From sequence record MN871453.1: DNA of 64,000 nucleotides. One strand, written 5' to 3'. The position numbers and the translations under genes are program-made. The notes beneath the pieces were generated by a model. The model ran no database searches. It saw nothing but the letters and a program-made list of their open reading frames with translations, and was not told the origin of the DNA. Of the stretch, positions 8,236 through 20,400 are shown one piece after another (positions within the stretch are counted from its first letter, which is position 1; every line of letters starts with the position of its first letter).

Positions 8236-11200
8236 TTACTGTTCATTATCGTAGGCTTTCAGCATCTCCTGCTGAATGTTTTCAATAAGAACGTTACCCA
8301 TCCCAAGGAGTAATGCGGAGTTTACGATACGTGCGTTGATCGCGCGATACGAGAACTGAAGGTCGATGTCCCACGGTTCTCCGCCAGGCAGTACAGGGTT
8401 ACGTGTACGGCAAATACCGTTATACACACCACTTACCACCGACTTCTTCTGGTTACCCACCACCAGTTTATCGCCGTCCCCCATACCACGCTGATGCGTG
8501 ATATAAATACGAATCGCCATCATATCAATCTCTAACGGCAAACCGTCGATCCGACTCGGCGTGAAGACCTGTCCGGTCGGACTCGTTTCTTGCTTGAGTA
8601 CCTTGACGTTTTTCGCACGAATCGCGTCGTATTTATCCGCCACCTTACGAACCGAATCCGACATGTCCTCTTTCTCACCGAAATAGAACACCTCAATCTT
8701 CTCAACCGTTCCTACGTGTTTTGCACGAGGGGCTGGGTTACCGAGTCGCGCTAAGGTTTCCATAGAACTGGCATCAAAGTAATCAAAGTTCGCTGAGATT
8801 TCGTCTTCGATAAACGCGAGGGTGTCGTCGATGTCAACGTGTTGTCCTTCGCTCACCAAATTACGGATTGCCTGATTAAAGTTCACCATCAGGACACGGG
8901 TATGCGTCACCAACGTCGCCATCTTCTTAGAGAGCCGTTCTGAAATCAGACTGGCGTCTTCGAAGGTGTTGTTGTTTTCCATCAACGCGATGTTTGTGGT
9001 GATCCCGTTCTTGAACGCGACCTGACCTGGCTCACGCCAGTCTTTCGCAAAGAACCCCGGATGGTAAGCGATAATGGTATCCTTCTTCACGCTCGCACCG
9101 ACTTCCAGATCACAACGCATCTCATGCGGGACGGTATGACCTGTCACGATACCGAACTTACGTCCAATCTCGATACGGTCTTCACCGAGCGCGGGATCAT
9201 CGTATTTCACGACAACGTAATTCTTTCCTTTCTCTGTTACCACTCCCTGACCTTTTGCGCTGGCAGCGAAAAGATCATCATTACGGTGGGCCATCATTAA
9301 CTCGTAACCCGTGCGGATATAACCGAGGTCATCTCCTACACTGCTTATTTTGTGGCTACTCTGAATACCGATAAAGTTAACGCGCTTCGGGTCGTCATAA
9401 GTCGCAAAGGGTGATACCAATGCGCTAGTAGAAAGGATATTACTAAACCCTTTCTCTTTACTCAGGTCTTTCTCAGTCCGTGCTGTACCACGTAAACTGG
9501 TGAGGTTAGGGTTCGCTGACAGGAAGCAGTTAATCCCAACGTCGCCGTTATCCACCGAGGATTCAGAACGAATACCAATATCACTCGGATGGAACGCACG
9601 GGTACGTCTCGTCATGGAACGCTTACCGCGGCCGCCAGTACCGGAATAAGTCAGGTTCTCTTTCTCTTTCAGGTTTTGGATAGGGTTAGAATCTTCTACC
9701 AGAGAAACAGAAGGATCTTTCTGTATCGCGGACAATACCTCGAACGGTGGGAAATCCAAAGACGCCCTTGAACTGAGGTTACTGGAAGATTGTCTCCGGA
9801 CGGCTTCTGAGAAGGTACGGTAGACCGCTCCTGCCATACGCTCGTAACCTTTGAATAACGAGCCCTCTGAACTCAGGTCACTCGGGTATTCATCGGTCGC
9901 CAAGTAAAAGGCGGCTTTCTTCAACAGCGGGATGAACGTGGTGGGTTCGTTCATCATCTCCAGGTTCTCTTCTGCGATCGGGTCGATAAAGATTGCATTA
10001 AGGTTAGTGAACTCGTAGAGATAGCGTCCTGATAACTGCATGTCAGAAAGCAGTGCGTTGTAGTTGTCCCGATTGTCCAGTTCTGCAACAGAATAGTTTT
10101 TCAGGGCAGCTTTCCACAGAAGCAACGAAGCGTAGATCAAGACATCAGGGTGTGTCTTTCTTGGGATACGCCAGATCTCATCGGCAAAGACGATCTCGAA
10201 GGTATTCGGGTCGGGTTGTACACGTGCCCCTTTCGTTCTCCGTTCCGGCTGAATCTCTAACCCTTCTACCATCTGACTGAATCCTTCCAGATAAGCCAAT
10301 ACAATGGCTAACGGGAACTCTTGTCCTAAGATAGAGATTGTCACCAATTCATTCGGACGGTCATCTGGGTTAGCTCCAAGGAGTTTTGCGATATGCCCGA
10401 GGTTGTCAGCACCGGCGCGCAGGTAACCCTCTTTATCCATCGTGACCGTAGTTTTCCCGCGTTTTCCTACTGGGATATCCGTTGTTCCATTCCAATCCGG
10501 GAAATTTTTCTTGATGTTCTCGTAGTCGAAAATAAACTGTATGCCCACTGCCTCAAACGAGATGACCTCTTTGGCGATAGCCGAATAGGTTCTGGGCACC
10601 GGTTGGGAATCTTTGAACGAGTTACCGTAAACAATTTCCGTCATGATCGGCGGGTTAGTTAACGCCGCGCGGTTCATGGCATCTTTAAGCCACTCTCCGT
10701 AATCGTAACGACGTTTATCGCTGCGGTCGACAAACAGCTTGCCATAATACGTGGACAGCGCTACGGTCGATGGAGAGATCTTACGGATGGGTTTATCAAA
10801 ACGCAATTTGCGCATGAAGTATTTAATCCCACCGATTTTATATTTCCCATTTTTATCGATGACCGGTAACTGGAAACGAACCGTAGAAGGCGCGCCTTTA
10901 ACCGGCGAGATTTTCACCGTGTAATCGTAAAGGTCATTTAACGCATCGACTTGGCGTTCCACTTTAAAGTCGGTAATGGCAAACCCGGCTTTCTGGAAAT
11001 TAAGGATTAAATTGATCACGTCCTTTTGCATGACTTCTTTAACGTACTTTTGATCGAAGTCGATCAAGGTACTTTTTAACATGCTTTTATCTTTGACGTG
11101 GGTAATATCCTCGATGACCTTCGGTTCAAAATTCCAGACGACTTCTTTCGGGATCTGTCGGTACTCTTCCAGCGAAACGCTTTCGTTGAACGGGGAAGGA

Positions 11201-12723
11201 ATAACCTTGTAACTTTCGGCCAAACGAAGATGACGCTTGTACTCGGCATTGCTAATCAGCCCTTTACTCAGGAGCGATTCTGCTTGGGTTCGAATCCCTG
11301 AAACCAAAGGCGATTCCTGAACCGCTTCTTGCGGTGGGTCGATAATGACCTCTGCGTCAATGTCAGGGGCAGCAACCAGACGAACAGCGCGAGGCGGTTC
11401 AGTGGTCTCAATCTCCTCAGTGACGCTCTTAAAGGCATCAACTAACTGCGTACGAAGACCAGGTTTCCCTTGGTTAATCTTTTCCCTGAGCGCTTTGACT
11501 GTGGTGGTTTTAACGACAGGTTCTTCTGGGTTGTTTTCTTGGGTTTCTGTTTCCGTTGTTTCCACCACAACCGTTTCTTCCGCGTCACCGGTGATCTCGA
11601 GGATTTCACTTTCCCCGGTATTCTCATCCGGGATAGTTTCTTCGATGGTGACCTGTTCCTGCACACCGGTCAGCAATTTCAGCGCAGTGATGTGTTGTAG
11701 CATCAATCGGGAGATCTGTGCGTAAGCATCGCCTTTCGGGTTAGTTTCTGATTTGGTCCATTGGTGAAGCAGGCCCAGATTCAGAACCGTGAATTTCCCC
11801 ATTCGCATAAAGACGAAATTAATCTTGCTGTAATGTTCGACCGGGATCATGTTCAACAGCGAGTTTTCCCGTTTCTCAGCAAGCCACTGCCAAAGGTCTT
11901 GAATAAAGAGCGCATCGTCGTTCTGGAAATATCCGAGACGAATACGGTTCATCTCTTCCAGTGAAACACCGGACGCCGCAATGAAACTGTCGTCGCTTTC
12001 AAAACCCAACGCTGACTCATCAAACGCCTCTCGTGCCACGTCAGCTGGTAACTCACTCGATAACCCTGGCATATGGAGATCGAAGACATCTGCGTACGAG
12101 AGGGCAACGGGACGTGCTCGGAGCTGATTCTGATACGCATTGAGGATAGGGATACCCGCATCCTCAACTGAAATGTTTAACTGCATCTTCGTTGGGAGTT
12201 CATCCGGGACATTGACCAGAATAAACTGATGGCGGTCAGAATGTTCAGCGTAGAACTTAGCCTGTCCGTATAACGTAGCGAGCAGGTTTTGGAAACGCCA
12301 GAATCGGGCCATCGGTAACGGCAGGTAACGCCACTGCATGGGGATGAGCGAGTAGTTGGCGACAATCGCAGCGTTACGGTCGTCTAATGCTCTGGCGATA
12401 TCGGTAACCCGACGGAAACCACGGCGCTTTTGCAACCACGTCCGTTTTAGGTTAGCAACATTGAACGCTCCTTTCCGACGAGGACTGCCGTTAAAGAGTG
12501 TCATTTCCGTAATGTTATCGGCGTAGGGACGTAGTCTTTCTTTTTGGATTGCGAAGAACGTCTCGTCAGGACCTAAGTCAGTGGCATTACTGGGAAGATA
12601 ATGGACGATGCTATTCTTAGGGAGAATAAAGTTCTCGACATTGAACGCTCTTGGGTTAGCCAGTCGCGTTTTATTACGTGTCCCGTAGGACATGTAAAAT
12701 TGCTGGTATTGAATATTACTCAT
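8236..12723 (-). CDS. rpoB: virion RNA polymerase beta subunit, N-terminal/major part (phiKZ gp178 type)
   Basis: RSESSVDNGDVG, KRVNFIGIQSSH, ALMENNNTFEDA and GDKLVVGNQKKSVV correspond to RpoB conserved blocks; 1495 aa. Confidence 0.92.
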   Translation of the reverse strand: MSNIQYQQFYMSYGTRNKTRLANPRAFNVENFILPKNSIVHYLPSNATDLGPDETFFAIQKERLRPYADNITEMTLFNGSPRRKGAFNVANLKRTWLQKRRGFRRVTDIARALDDRNAAIVANYSLIPMQWRYLPLPMARFWRFQNLLATLYGQAKFYAEHSDRHQFILVNVPDELPTKMQLNISVEDAGIPILNAYQNQLRARPVALSYADVFDLHMPGLSSELPADVAREAFDESALGFESDDSFIAASGVSLEEMNRIRLGYFQNDDALFIQDLWQWLAEKRENSLLNMIPVEHYSKINFVFMRMGKFTVLNLGLLHQWTKSETNPKGDAYAQISRLMLQHITALKLLTGVQEQVTIEETIPDENTGESEILEITGDAEETVVVETTETETQENNPEEPVVKTTTVKALREKINQGKPGLRTQLVDAFKSVTEEIETTEPPRAVRLVAAPDIDAEVIIDPPQEAVQESPLVSGIRTQAESLLSKGLISNAEYKRHLRLAESYKVIPSPFNESVSLEEYRQIPKEVVWNFEPKVIEDITHVKDKSMLKSTLIDFDQKYVKEVMQKDVINLILNFQKAGFAITDFKVERQVDALNDLYDYTVKISPVKGAPSTVRFQLPVIDKNGKYKIGGIKYFMRKLRFDKPIRKISPSTVALSTYYGKLFVDRSDKRRYDYGEWLKDAMNRAALTNPPIMTEIVYGNSFKDSQPVPRTYSAIAKEVISFEAVGIQFIFDYENIKKNFPDWNGTTDIPVGKRGKTTVTMDKEGYLRAGADNLGHIAKLLGANPDDRPNELVTISILGQEFPLAIVLAYLEGFSQMVEGLEIQPERRTKGARVQPDPNTFEIVFADEIWRIPRKTHPDVLIYASLLLWKAALKNYSVAELDNRDNYNALLSDMQLSGRYLYEFTNLNAIFIDPIAEENLEMMNEPTTFIPLLKKAAFYLATDEYPSDLSSEGSLFKGYERMAGAVYRTFSEAVRRQSSSNLSSRASLDFPPFEVLSAIQKDPSVSLVEDSNPIQNLKEKENLTYSGTGGRGKRSMTRRTRAFHPSDIGIRSESSVDNGDVGINCFLSANPNLTSLRGTARTEKDLSKEKGFSNILSTSALVSPFATYDDPKRVNFIGIQSSHKISSVGDDLGYIRTGYELMMAHRNDDLFAASAKGQGVVTEKGKNYVVVKYDDPALGEDRIEIGRKFGIVTGHTVPHEMRCDLEVGASVKKDTIIAYHPGFFAKDWREPGQVAFKNGITTNIALMENNNTFEDASLISERLSKKMATLVTHTRVLMVNFNQAIRNLVSEGQHVDIDDTLAFIEDEISANFDYFDASSMETLARLGNPAPRAKHVGTVEKIEVFYFGEKEDMSDSVRKVADKYDAIRAKNVKVLKQETSPTGQVFTPSRIDGLPLEIDMMAIRIYITHQRGMGDGDKLVVGNQKKSVVSGVYNGICRTRNPVLPGGEPWDIDLQFSYRAINARIVNSALLLGMGNVLIENIQQEMLKAYDNEQ

Positions 12724-12738
12724 TGCAGAGAAACTCCT

Positions 12739-14370
12739 TTAAGCTTCACCAGTAATGTTACGTAAGACTAATTGTACGTTATCAACATCCGCGCTCTTAG
12801 AGAGAGTACCGCGGGAAGAGAGGAACCATTCTTTACGACCTTTTAGCATTTCGTATTCAGCAATAGAATCCGAGGCATAGATCGCTGTAAAGGTACAACG
12901 GTCGCCATCGAAGTCGGCACCCAATGGAGAGAGATAGCTGACGCCTATCCCCATAGAGTTAACGTACTCTACCGATTTGCTTTGATCAGGGAATTCGAAA
13001 CAAATGAAATCGTCACCCAGTCTCCGCCAGTCGTGGCCGAGTTCAGCTTTTACGCTAGAAACAATAGTCGGTTTGCAGTAAATGTTTGCTATGAAAGTCG
13101 ACCCTTGTCCTGTAACAGGGTAACGAGTCACTACGCCTGCTAACTTACCCCATTCACGATACCCGGACAGGTAATAAAGCGAGGTCATGTTAATCGGGCT
13201 AACAAACCGCTTATCAAAACCCGCTGGGAGTTCGTTGATATCAGCGAAGAACCGGAACCCTTCTTCACCCCAATAGAGCAGTCCTAAGTAATAACCGTCT
13301 ATTAAAATTGGTTTATTTCTGAAAGCCGGGGTTTTATAGCGGGTGATCTGGGCATCTAAACCGTCACGGGTTGTCCAACGTTCAACGGCCTCCGGGGAGG
13401 GCTGTACGTATTCAGCACGGAGAGTTTTGGGGTTCGTCAAACGGATTTCATCTTCGCTGTTACCCGAGAAAACTTCACCTAGCCAACCTGAGCGTAAGAA
13501 ATAGCGTGTCTTAGGCAGGACCGCTTTGATGGTCTGGTAGAGCCCTAACTGAACGTGGTTGATCCCTGGCGTATTCGTTTCACCGATCCGAGTCCCTGTG
13601 ATCTTCATTGGCGAAATAACGTTTGCTGTACCGTTAATGATTTTACGTGACGCCCATTTTGCAGCCGCAAAACCTTTCTTTCCTTTAATCATGTTAAAGA
13701 TACTTTCGAATATCTCGTTGAACTGTCGTTGTAATTGTAAACGACTGTTATTGATTAAAGGGTCTTCAGAAGGCTCACGACCCATCTCCAGACTGTTGGA
13801 GATTGAGATGATAGAACGATAGAATTTGTTGATTTCGTCTTCGCTCGTACGCCCTGAGGTTTCTACCATCAGATCACGCAGACCTGCCGGCATGACCAGG
13901 ACTTTATCAGTCAGCGCTTTGTCTTTATTTTTGTTGATGAGCTTCACGCGGAGATTACGGAGTTCGGAATCGCCTTCTTCTAATTTCAAATCGGGGAAAT
14001 GACGTACAAAAAAGGAGAAGCCGGTTTCGCCCTCCATTTCGTTGCTGGGTTCGAAATCGAAGGTTTCTGTGTTAAAGACGGCATAACGTCGCCCTTCCAG
14101 AATATCCAAATAAAGACGTTTTAATGAACCGAGTCGTTTATAAACGAGCGGGTGAAAAACACGAGTATGGAGTTCGATATAACTGAAACGCCCATCGCGT
14201 TCAGGTGAACCTAAGGGACCGAATGTTTCTACTGAGAATAAACCGTCCTTATGGAAATTACGGGTACCGGTTTCAAAGATCTCGGTCGTACTGGTCGGCC
14301 GCATACTCCGTATCAGTTGAGGGGTTAAATCCATGAGGAAGATATTGAATGGGATATCGTTAGTACGCAT
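12739..14370 (-). CDS. rpoC: virion RNA polymerase beta' N-terminal subunit (phiKZ gp180 type)
   Basis: GLFSVETFGP, GKKGF and the catalytic ADFDGD motif. Confidence 0.93.
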   Translation of the reverse strand: MRTNDIPFNIFLMDLTPQLIRSMRPTSTTEIFETGTRNFHKDGLFSVETFGPLGSPERDGRFSYIELHTRVFHPLVYKRLGSLKRLYLDILEGRRYAVFNTETFDFEPSNEMEGETGFSFFVRHFPDLKLEEGDSELRNLRVKLINKNKDKALTDKVLVMPAGLRDLMVETSGRTSEDEINKFYRSIISISNSLEMGREPSEDPLINNSRLQLQRQFNEIFESIFNMIKGKKGFAAAKWASRKIINGTANVISPMKITGTRIGETNTPGINHVQLGLYQTIKAVLPKTRYFLRSGWLGEVFSGNSEDEIRLTNPKTLRAEYVQPSPEAVERWTTRDGLDAQITRYKTPAFRNKPILIDGYYLGLLYWGEEGFRFFADINELPAGFDKRFVSPINMTSLYYLSGYREWGKLAGVVTRYPVTGQGSTFIANIYCKPTIVSSVKAELGHDWRRLGDDFICFEFPDQSKSVEYVNSMGIGVSYLSPLGADFDGDRCTFTAIYASDSIAEYEMLKGRKEWFLSSRGTLSKSADVDNVQLVLRNITGEA

Positions 14371-14414
14371 TGTCTAATCCTGTTAACAGACGATTAACCT
14401 TTTAAGGGAACAAA

Positions 14415-17400
14415 ATGGCCAAAAGAGAAAAAATAGATCTGGATCGTTTTGACGATTTTGATCTCGAAGATAATTGGGGCATGGACAAAGAACCTCAAGG
14501 TGCGAAAGACGGAAGCGGTAAACGCGAGGCTGTAAAAAAGGCAGGAAAGACCGTTCTCCGTGAGATGGGGAAAACGACCTTTACCAGTCAGATGGCGAAA
14601 ACCATCCTGAAAGAGGCCATGCCGCGTTCTTTCACTACAACCTTAGATAACGTTGATAAAGGTTTAATCGACGTTCGATCGCTTTACGCTGACGTCCGTA
14701 AAGATGCCGCCCCGATGCTGCGAGAAATGAAAGCGTTGGGTCGTACCGTCAACCGTCTTGTTCCTACACCGTATCAGAAAAAGATCGATGCGTTTCTGAC
14801 GAGAAACAACGGGGCAGATAAATCAGGTTCTCAACTGGCAGCGCTCAATATTGAAGACGCCGCGGTACTCCAGTCGTTAGCTCAAGTCTTCAATCAAGAC
14901 GACGACAAACCGAAGCAGATGAGCCCTGAGGAACTGACTGAGAAACTGACGGATCAGCAGTATAAAATAAAACTGGGTACGGCCATTGCGAGTATCCAGA
15001 ATCTCCTGGCGAAGCAGACCGCTTATCAGTTTGGTGCACAGCGTGCATTTCAAAAGAAAAGTATGGAGCTTCAAATTCGACAGCTGATGGTTTCGCGTGC
15101 CCATTTAGACGTGGCACAGAAGTCTGCGGTTGAAACCTCCAACCTGCTCAGAAGCGTTGTCGAAAACACCGCGTTACCTGACGTAGTAAAACAGCACCGT
15201 TCGGAAGAATTCCTTCGAATGGGCCGCGAGAAAATCTTTGGTCGCATCCAACAGTCAATGTACGACTGGACCAGTAATTATCGTAACCAGTTCAAAGACC
15301 GTGCGAAACAAGCCATTAACGACAGAATGCAAAAACTCACTATGGGTTTTTCAATGGCCAACGATTCTCTCGAACAGCTCGAGGCGCAACGGGAATTACT
15401 GGCGTCAATGGGTGTCACCCCGGAGGAGTTTTTAGCAGGGGCAGCAGGGAACTGGGGTGCGTTACAAATCGGTAAACGTATCGGAAAACGCATTAATAAA
15501 AGTGCGCCTTCACTACGTCGATTGGACGGTACATTCCAGGGCGTCAACTACCTCTTTAACAACAAAGAACGTTTAGCGTCAGATTGGGGAAATTCCGGTT
15601 ACCGTTACGGGAAATGGTATAATCCCATCGAGAACTTTGTTAAAGACACCTTACGTGGCGGTTACCGTGACGAAGGCGTAGTTCGCGCCGGAGGGTTGGG
15701 GAACGGAGAAAAAATCTCGACTGTAGACGAGCGTAAACTCAGCTATATGGAAGAGATGTCCGGGTACCTGTCCCGAATCTTACATAGTATCGACGTCCTC
15801 AGGACGGGCGATAATAACACGCAGCGCACGGTTTTCAACCGTCAGAAGGGCATTTTTACCTCCTTTAATGAATCGGTGGCGTCGACGCGTCAGGCGTTGA
15901 TTAAAGATACCGATATCAATTCACAGCGTGAGAATATTAATCGTCTTATCGAGAACATCGATAACAACAACCGGTTATCTCCCGACGCTAAAGGTAAAAT
16001 TTCTGATCACCTGATGACAAGGGCAAGAACCTCGAAAGCCTTTAACCCGGCAGCCCTAGCTAATGAGAAAATCTCAGGGTTATCCCGTGACGACCAACGC
16101 CTTTGGCAAGGACTGATGGCGAAACGTTATGGACTGAAACTGAACGAGAAAAGTGAATGGTCGCTTAACCCGTTCTCTTCTTCAAACGTTAACCTTAATA
16201 TCGATGCCGGTCAGTATAACTACGCCTCTAACCAAACGCAGGGTATCTTTAATCGTGCCCATGCGTTAGCGCAAACCGGTAACCTTGAAGAACTGATCTC
16301 AGAAGGCGCAGTGGTCTTTAAGAACGGTAATTGGGAAGTTAACCCAGACTATTACGGTTCACGCGTATCTGGTAAACCTTCACCGGGTAACAACGACTCG
16401 ACTAACCCTAACGACATGGGTCCACATCGTCCTCGTAACCCACCGCCGGGTACCCCGCCTATCACTGAACTCCGTCGCTTCGGACAAGATTGGACCAACC
16501 CGAATTCGGTTAACTTTAATCTTAATGGGAACCAACAAAATTCTTTCGGGACGGCGTTAGCGGAACAAACCGATAGAATCCTTGAGTCCATGAAACACTC
16601 TCAGTTGTTCTGGGATGAGCAAATGGCCAGAATAGAGGCACAGCTTACCGCGCTGGAAGGGTGTTGTCTCAACGGAGGAGGTGGCGGTGGCCAAGGCGGT
16701 GATACTGGCGATCAAGGCGGGCGTCGTCGTTTCTCACGGAACTGGGCTAAACGCGGGCTCCGTGCGGGTATCGGCGGTATTCGTCGTGGTGTGAAAGGGA
16801 TGTGGGATCTTGGCGGTTTACCGCTTAAAGCAGCAGGAGAGATCTTTAAGCGAGTACGTCGCCCGGCTTTCAATGCAGCGATGACGATCGGTACCTTTGG
16901 CCTGAATAAAGTCTTAGGTTTCGGGATGCAGGCGTTTGAGAAAGTTCAAGATGGCTATATCGCGACGGCACAGGGTTTAAAGAAAGTCATTGAAAAAGAA
17001 GGACTGGCAGCGGGTCGTTACGTTGACCAAGCCACCGGGAAGGTTATCAAGAAACTTTCTGACGTACGGGGCGCAGTCTGGGACGTGGTAAATAACACTC
17101 AGGTCCTGACCGACGACGAAGCGAGACGGGGTTTGTTTAACGCCGCAGGAAACCGCATTAAGTCATCCTTTAACAAAGCACTCGGTGCAGTGGGGAGTCT
17201 ATTAAACGGAAGGTTTACTCCTTATCATTTACTCAAAGGTGCTGCAGGCGGGTTAGGGAAAGGTCTCTTTTCCTTATTTGGTCGCTTACCAGATATTTAC
17301 GTGCTCGGAGAAATGAAACCGCGTCTCTACGCCAGTAAGTTGGCGAATGGGGAATATTTCTCGATGCGTACTGGGAAAGTCATCAAGAAACTTTCCGATA

Positions 17401-20400
17401 TTGACGGTGACGTCGGGGTAATTGACCCTCGTACCAGAACCATGACGCCTGTACTTTCCGCTGAGGATGCTGCTAAAGGATTGGTTGATAAGAATGGCCG
17501 TGGCGTTCGTACTGGACTGGCTAAACTTACGGGGATGATCGGCAATGGTCTCCGCGGTGTGGGCGGTTTACTTACAACCCCGTTTAAGATTTTAAATGGA
17601 CTGAAAAACGGTGCAATTAATTTAGCTTCTAACGGTTTGAGTGCAGTAGGCGGTGTTTTAAATAGAGGCTTGAATACAGGGATAGGATTCTCTGGCGGGT
17701 CGACATCGTGGCTAAAACGTATCTATCGACTCTTAGTTAATCAGTTCACCGGGAAAGATCCACTTGACGGCCTCGATACCGAAACAGGTAGTGTTTCGGG
17801 TATCAAGAATCGCTTAACGGGCGGGTTCGAGAAACTCAAGAATCGTACCGGGAGTTGGTGGCAGCGTCTTCAGAAAAAGAAACCGGAAGAGACCAAACCT
17901 GAACACGCTGAGAAAGCGGCGAAGGAAGGGGGTGGTTGGGGTAAACTGATCTGGGCCGCTATCACGGGAGTCGGTGCCATTGTCGGGAAAATTGCAACCG
18001 GATTCGGGAATTTCTGGAAATGGATCAAAGAACTTCCTCGCTGGATAAGTGGTGCGAAAGCGTTAGATGCTGCTGGGGATTTGGCAGGGGATGTAGCAGG
18101 CTCAGGAGGTAAGAGAGGCGGTCTGCTACGTAGAACCGGTAACGTACTGAAGAAAGTCGGGAAAGGGGCACTAGGGGTTGCGGGCTTCTTAGGAAGAGGG
18201 TTGTTTAGCGGAGTCGGGATGTTAGCAAGGGGCGCCGCGGTAGCGGCAGGGTCATTGCTCTCTGCGCCTGTTCTGGTCACAGCGGCGGTAGCTGCGGGCG
18301 TGGGTTACCTGATTTATAAAGGATACCAAGCCTACAAGAACAGAATGACCTCGCTGAGAAACTACCGTGCAGCACAGTACGGCGTCAACCCGAAAGACAG
18401 TGACCGGGCGGGTAAAGTACTTGCATTAGAAGAAGCGGTTCTGAAAAACAGTCAGATCTCAGGGCAAGGGAAACTCAAGATTGGTTCGTTACCTTTCCAA
18501 GAGTTACTGAGTGCCTTTGATGTTGAGATCACTGACCAGCGTAGTGTACAGCGTTGGACACGGTGGTATCAGATGCGTTTCGTTCCGGTCTTTACCCGTA
18601 ACGTTGAAACACTTTATCGGATGGACCCTAAAGCTAAAATCACCGAGAGTGAATTCCTGAAACCGAGTCAACGAGGGGACTTCGCCAAAGCCACCTTCAT
18701 TGCATCCGGTGGAAAAGAATCTCCTTATCTGGTCTCTGACTCGCCATTCCCTAATATGTCTTCAGTAACAGGTGATCGGTTTGTTGCCGGTTTCCGTGAC
18801 CAGGTCATTGCTGAGTTTGCGGAAGCAGAGAAAAAGGCGATCGCCTCGGGCGAGAAGAAACTGGTCACTGCTTCAGACGTGAAGCAACCGAAGGGAATCG
18901 AGTTACTGAACAAAAAGGCACAGGAAGCACAAGCCAATAATGCTAACCGGGCAGTAAATCCAACAACCGATCTCTACTATTCACCGGGCGATACCCGGAA
19001 AGGGCTAACTTCCCTGACCGGCGATAAGCGCAAGGATGAATTGATCGAGATGGGGAACCGCATTGATGACCTGACCTCGATACGTGTTAAACTTTACGGT
19101 TTACGCGAACTGTTGAAAGGGGACGTTAACGCCTTACTCGCTTTAGAGACTGAGGCGTTGAAATTCATTCGATACGGTGATAAAGGAGTAGCCCTCTGGA
19201 CAGGGAACAGCGAACAGTTCTTCGCTAACTGGAACGGTCAATTCGGTATTAACAGTAATAACGCCAATGAAAAGGCACAGTGGCTATTCTGGTTCACGAA
19301 ACGTTTCCTGCCTGTCTTCTTGAACTTCTGTTCTGAAAGCAATTTCATCGCGCCTAATAGTTCGCCGATGGTCGCATGGAAGAAACTGAACGCGAGCGAT
19401 CTCCTGAAGATTGCAAACTTCATGAACAGCGCGACGACCGAGGTCAATGGCGGGAAAGTCTCAGTCTGGACCATTAAAGCATCACCGTGGCCTAACCGCT
19501 TCTCAAACACGGACAGTAGTGTTATTCAGTCTAACCTGGATGCATTACGTCTCGAAGGGAAAAAGGAAGTTTACCAAGAGAAAGTGAAGACAGAAGCGGA
19601 AATCGCCAAGATGACCTTTGATGGTAAAGCGCTTCGTAACTCGTCACTGGGTAACAAGATTGCTGACCTTTATAGCGATAACCGTGCGTTAACTGCCGAT
19701 ACGCGGGGACGCGCTACTGGCGCTAACGGTGTCGGTGTTTACGGTCAACGTGTGGGTTCAATGGGAACCTCCTTTGAACGTTCGGAAGCGGGTAGCAGTT
19801 TCACGGATACCAACTTACTGCATTCCGGTGAAGGTACCGGCGGGTCGATTAATGATATCCCTGATCCGAAAGGAGACGGTTGGGATAACGTGAAAGATTC
19901 GATTGCAGCAGTGGCTAAGATGGTCGGCGTTGATGCCGGTTCATTGGCGGCAATGGTGGCGCAGGAATCTCGCTTTGAGCTTCGGGCGAAGAACGGGAAC
20001 TCCTCAGCAGCAGGACTCGGTCAGTTCCTTGATGGAACCTGGAAAGAGATTCTCCCTACTCTTGTTAAGAAATACGGTGTGAACCCGAATACGTCTCAGT
20101 ATGACCCACGTGCGTCGTTATTGGCCACGGCGGAATACATGAAACAGAACGCGAAGATCATCGGTGACATTGGTAGACCATTGACGACCACTGATATCTA
20201 TATGGCGCACTTCTTAGGGCCAGGGGGTGCAAGGAACGTACTGCGTGTACCGACCAACACACCGATTCAATCGGCGATGGGTGATAACTATTATAAAGTT
20301 GCGAGAGCGAACCCTGAGATCTTTAAGAACGTCAGGACGACGGGCGACCTTGTAGCGAGTCTTGGTGGTTATCTCTCCAGAAACGGTGGGCAATACGCGC

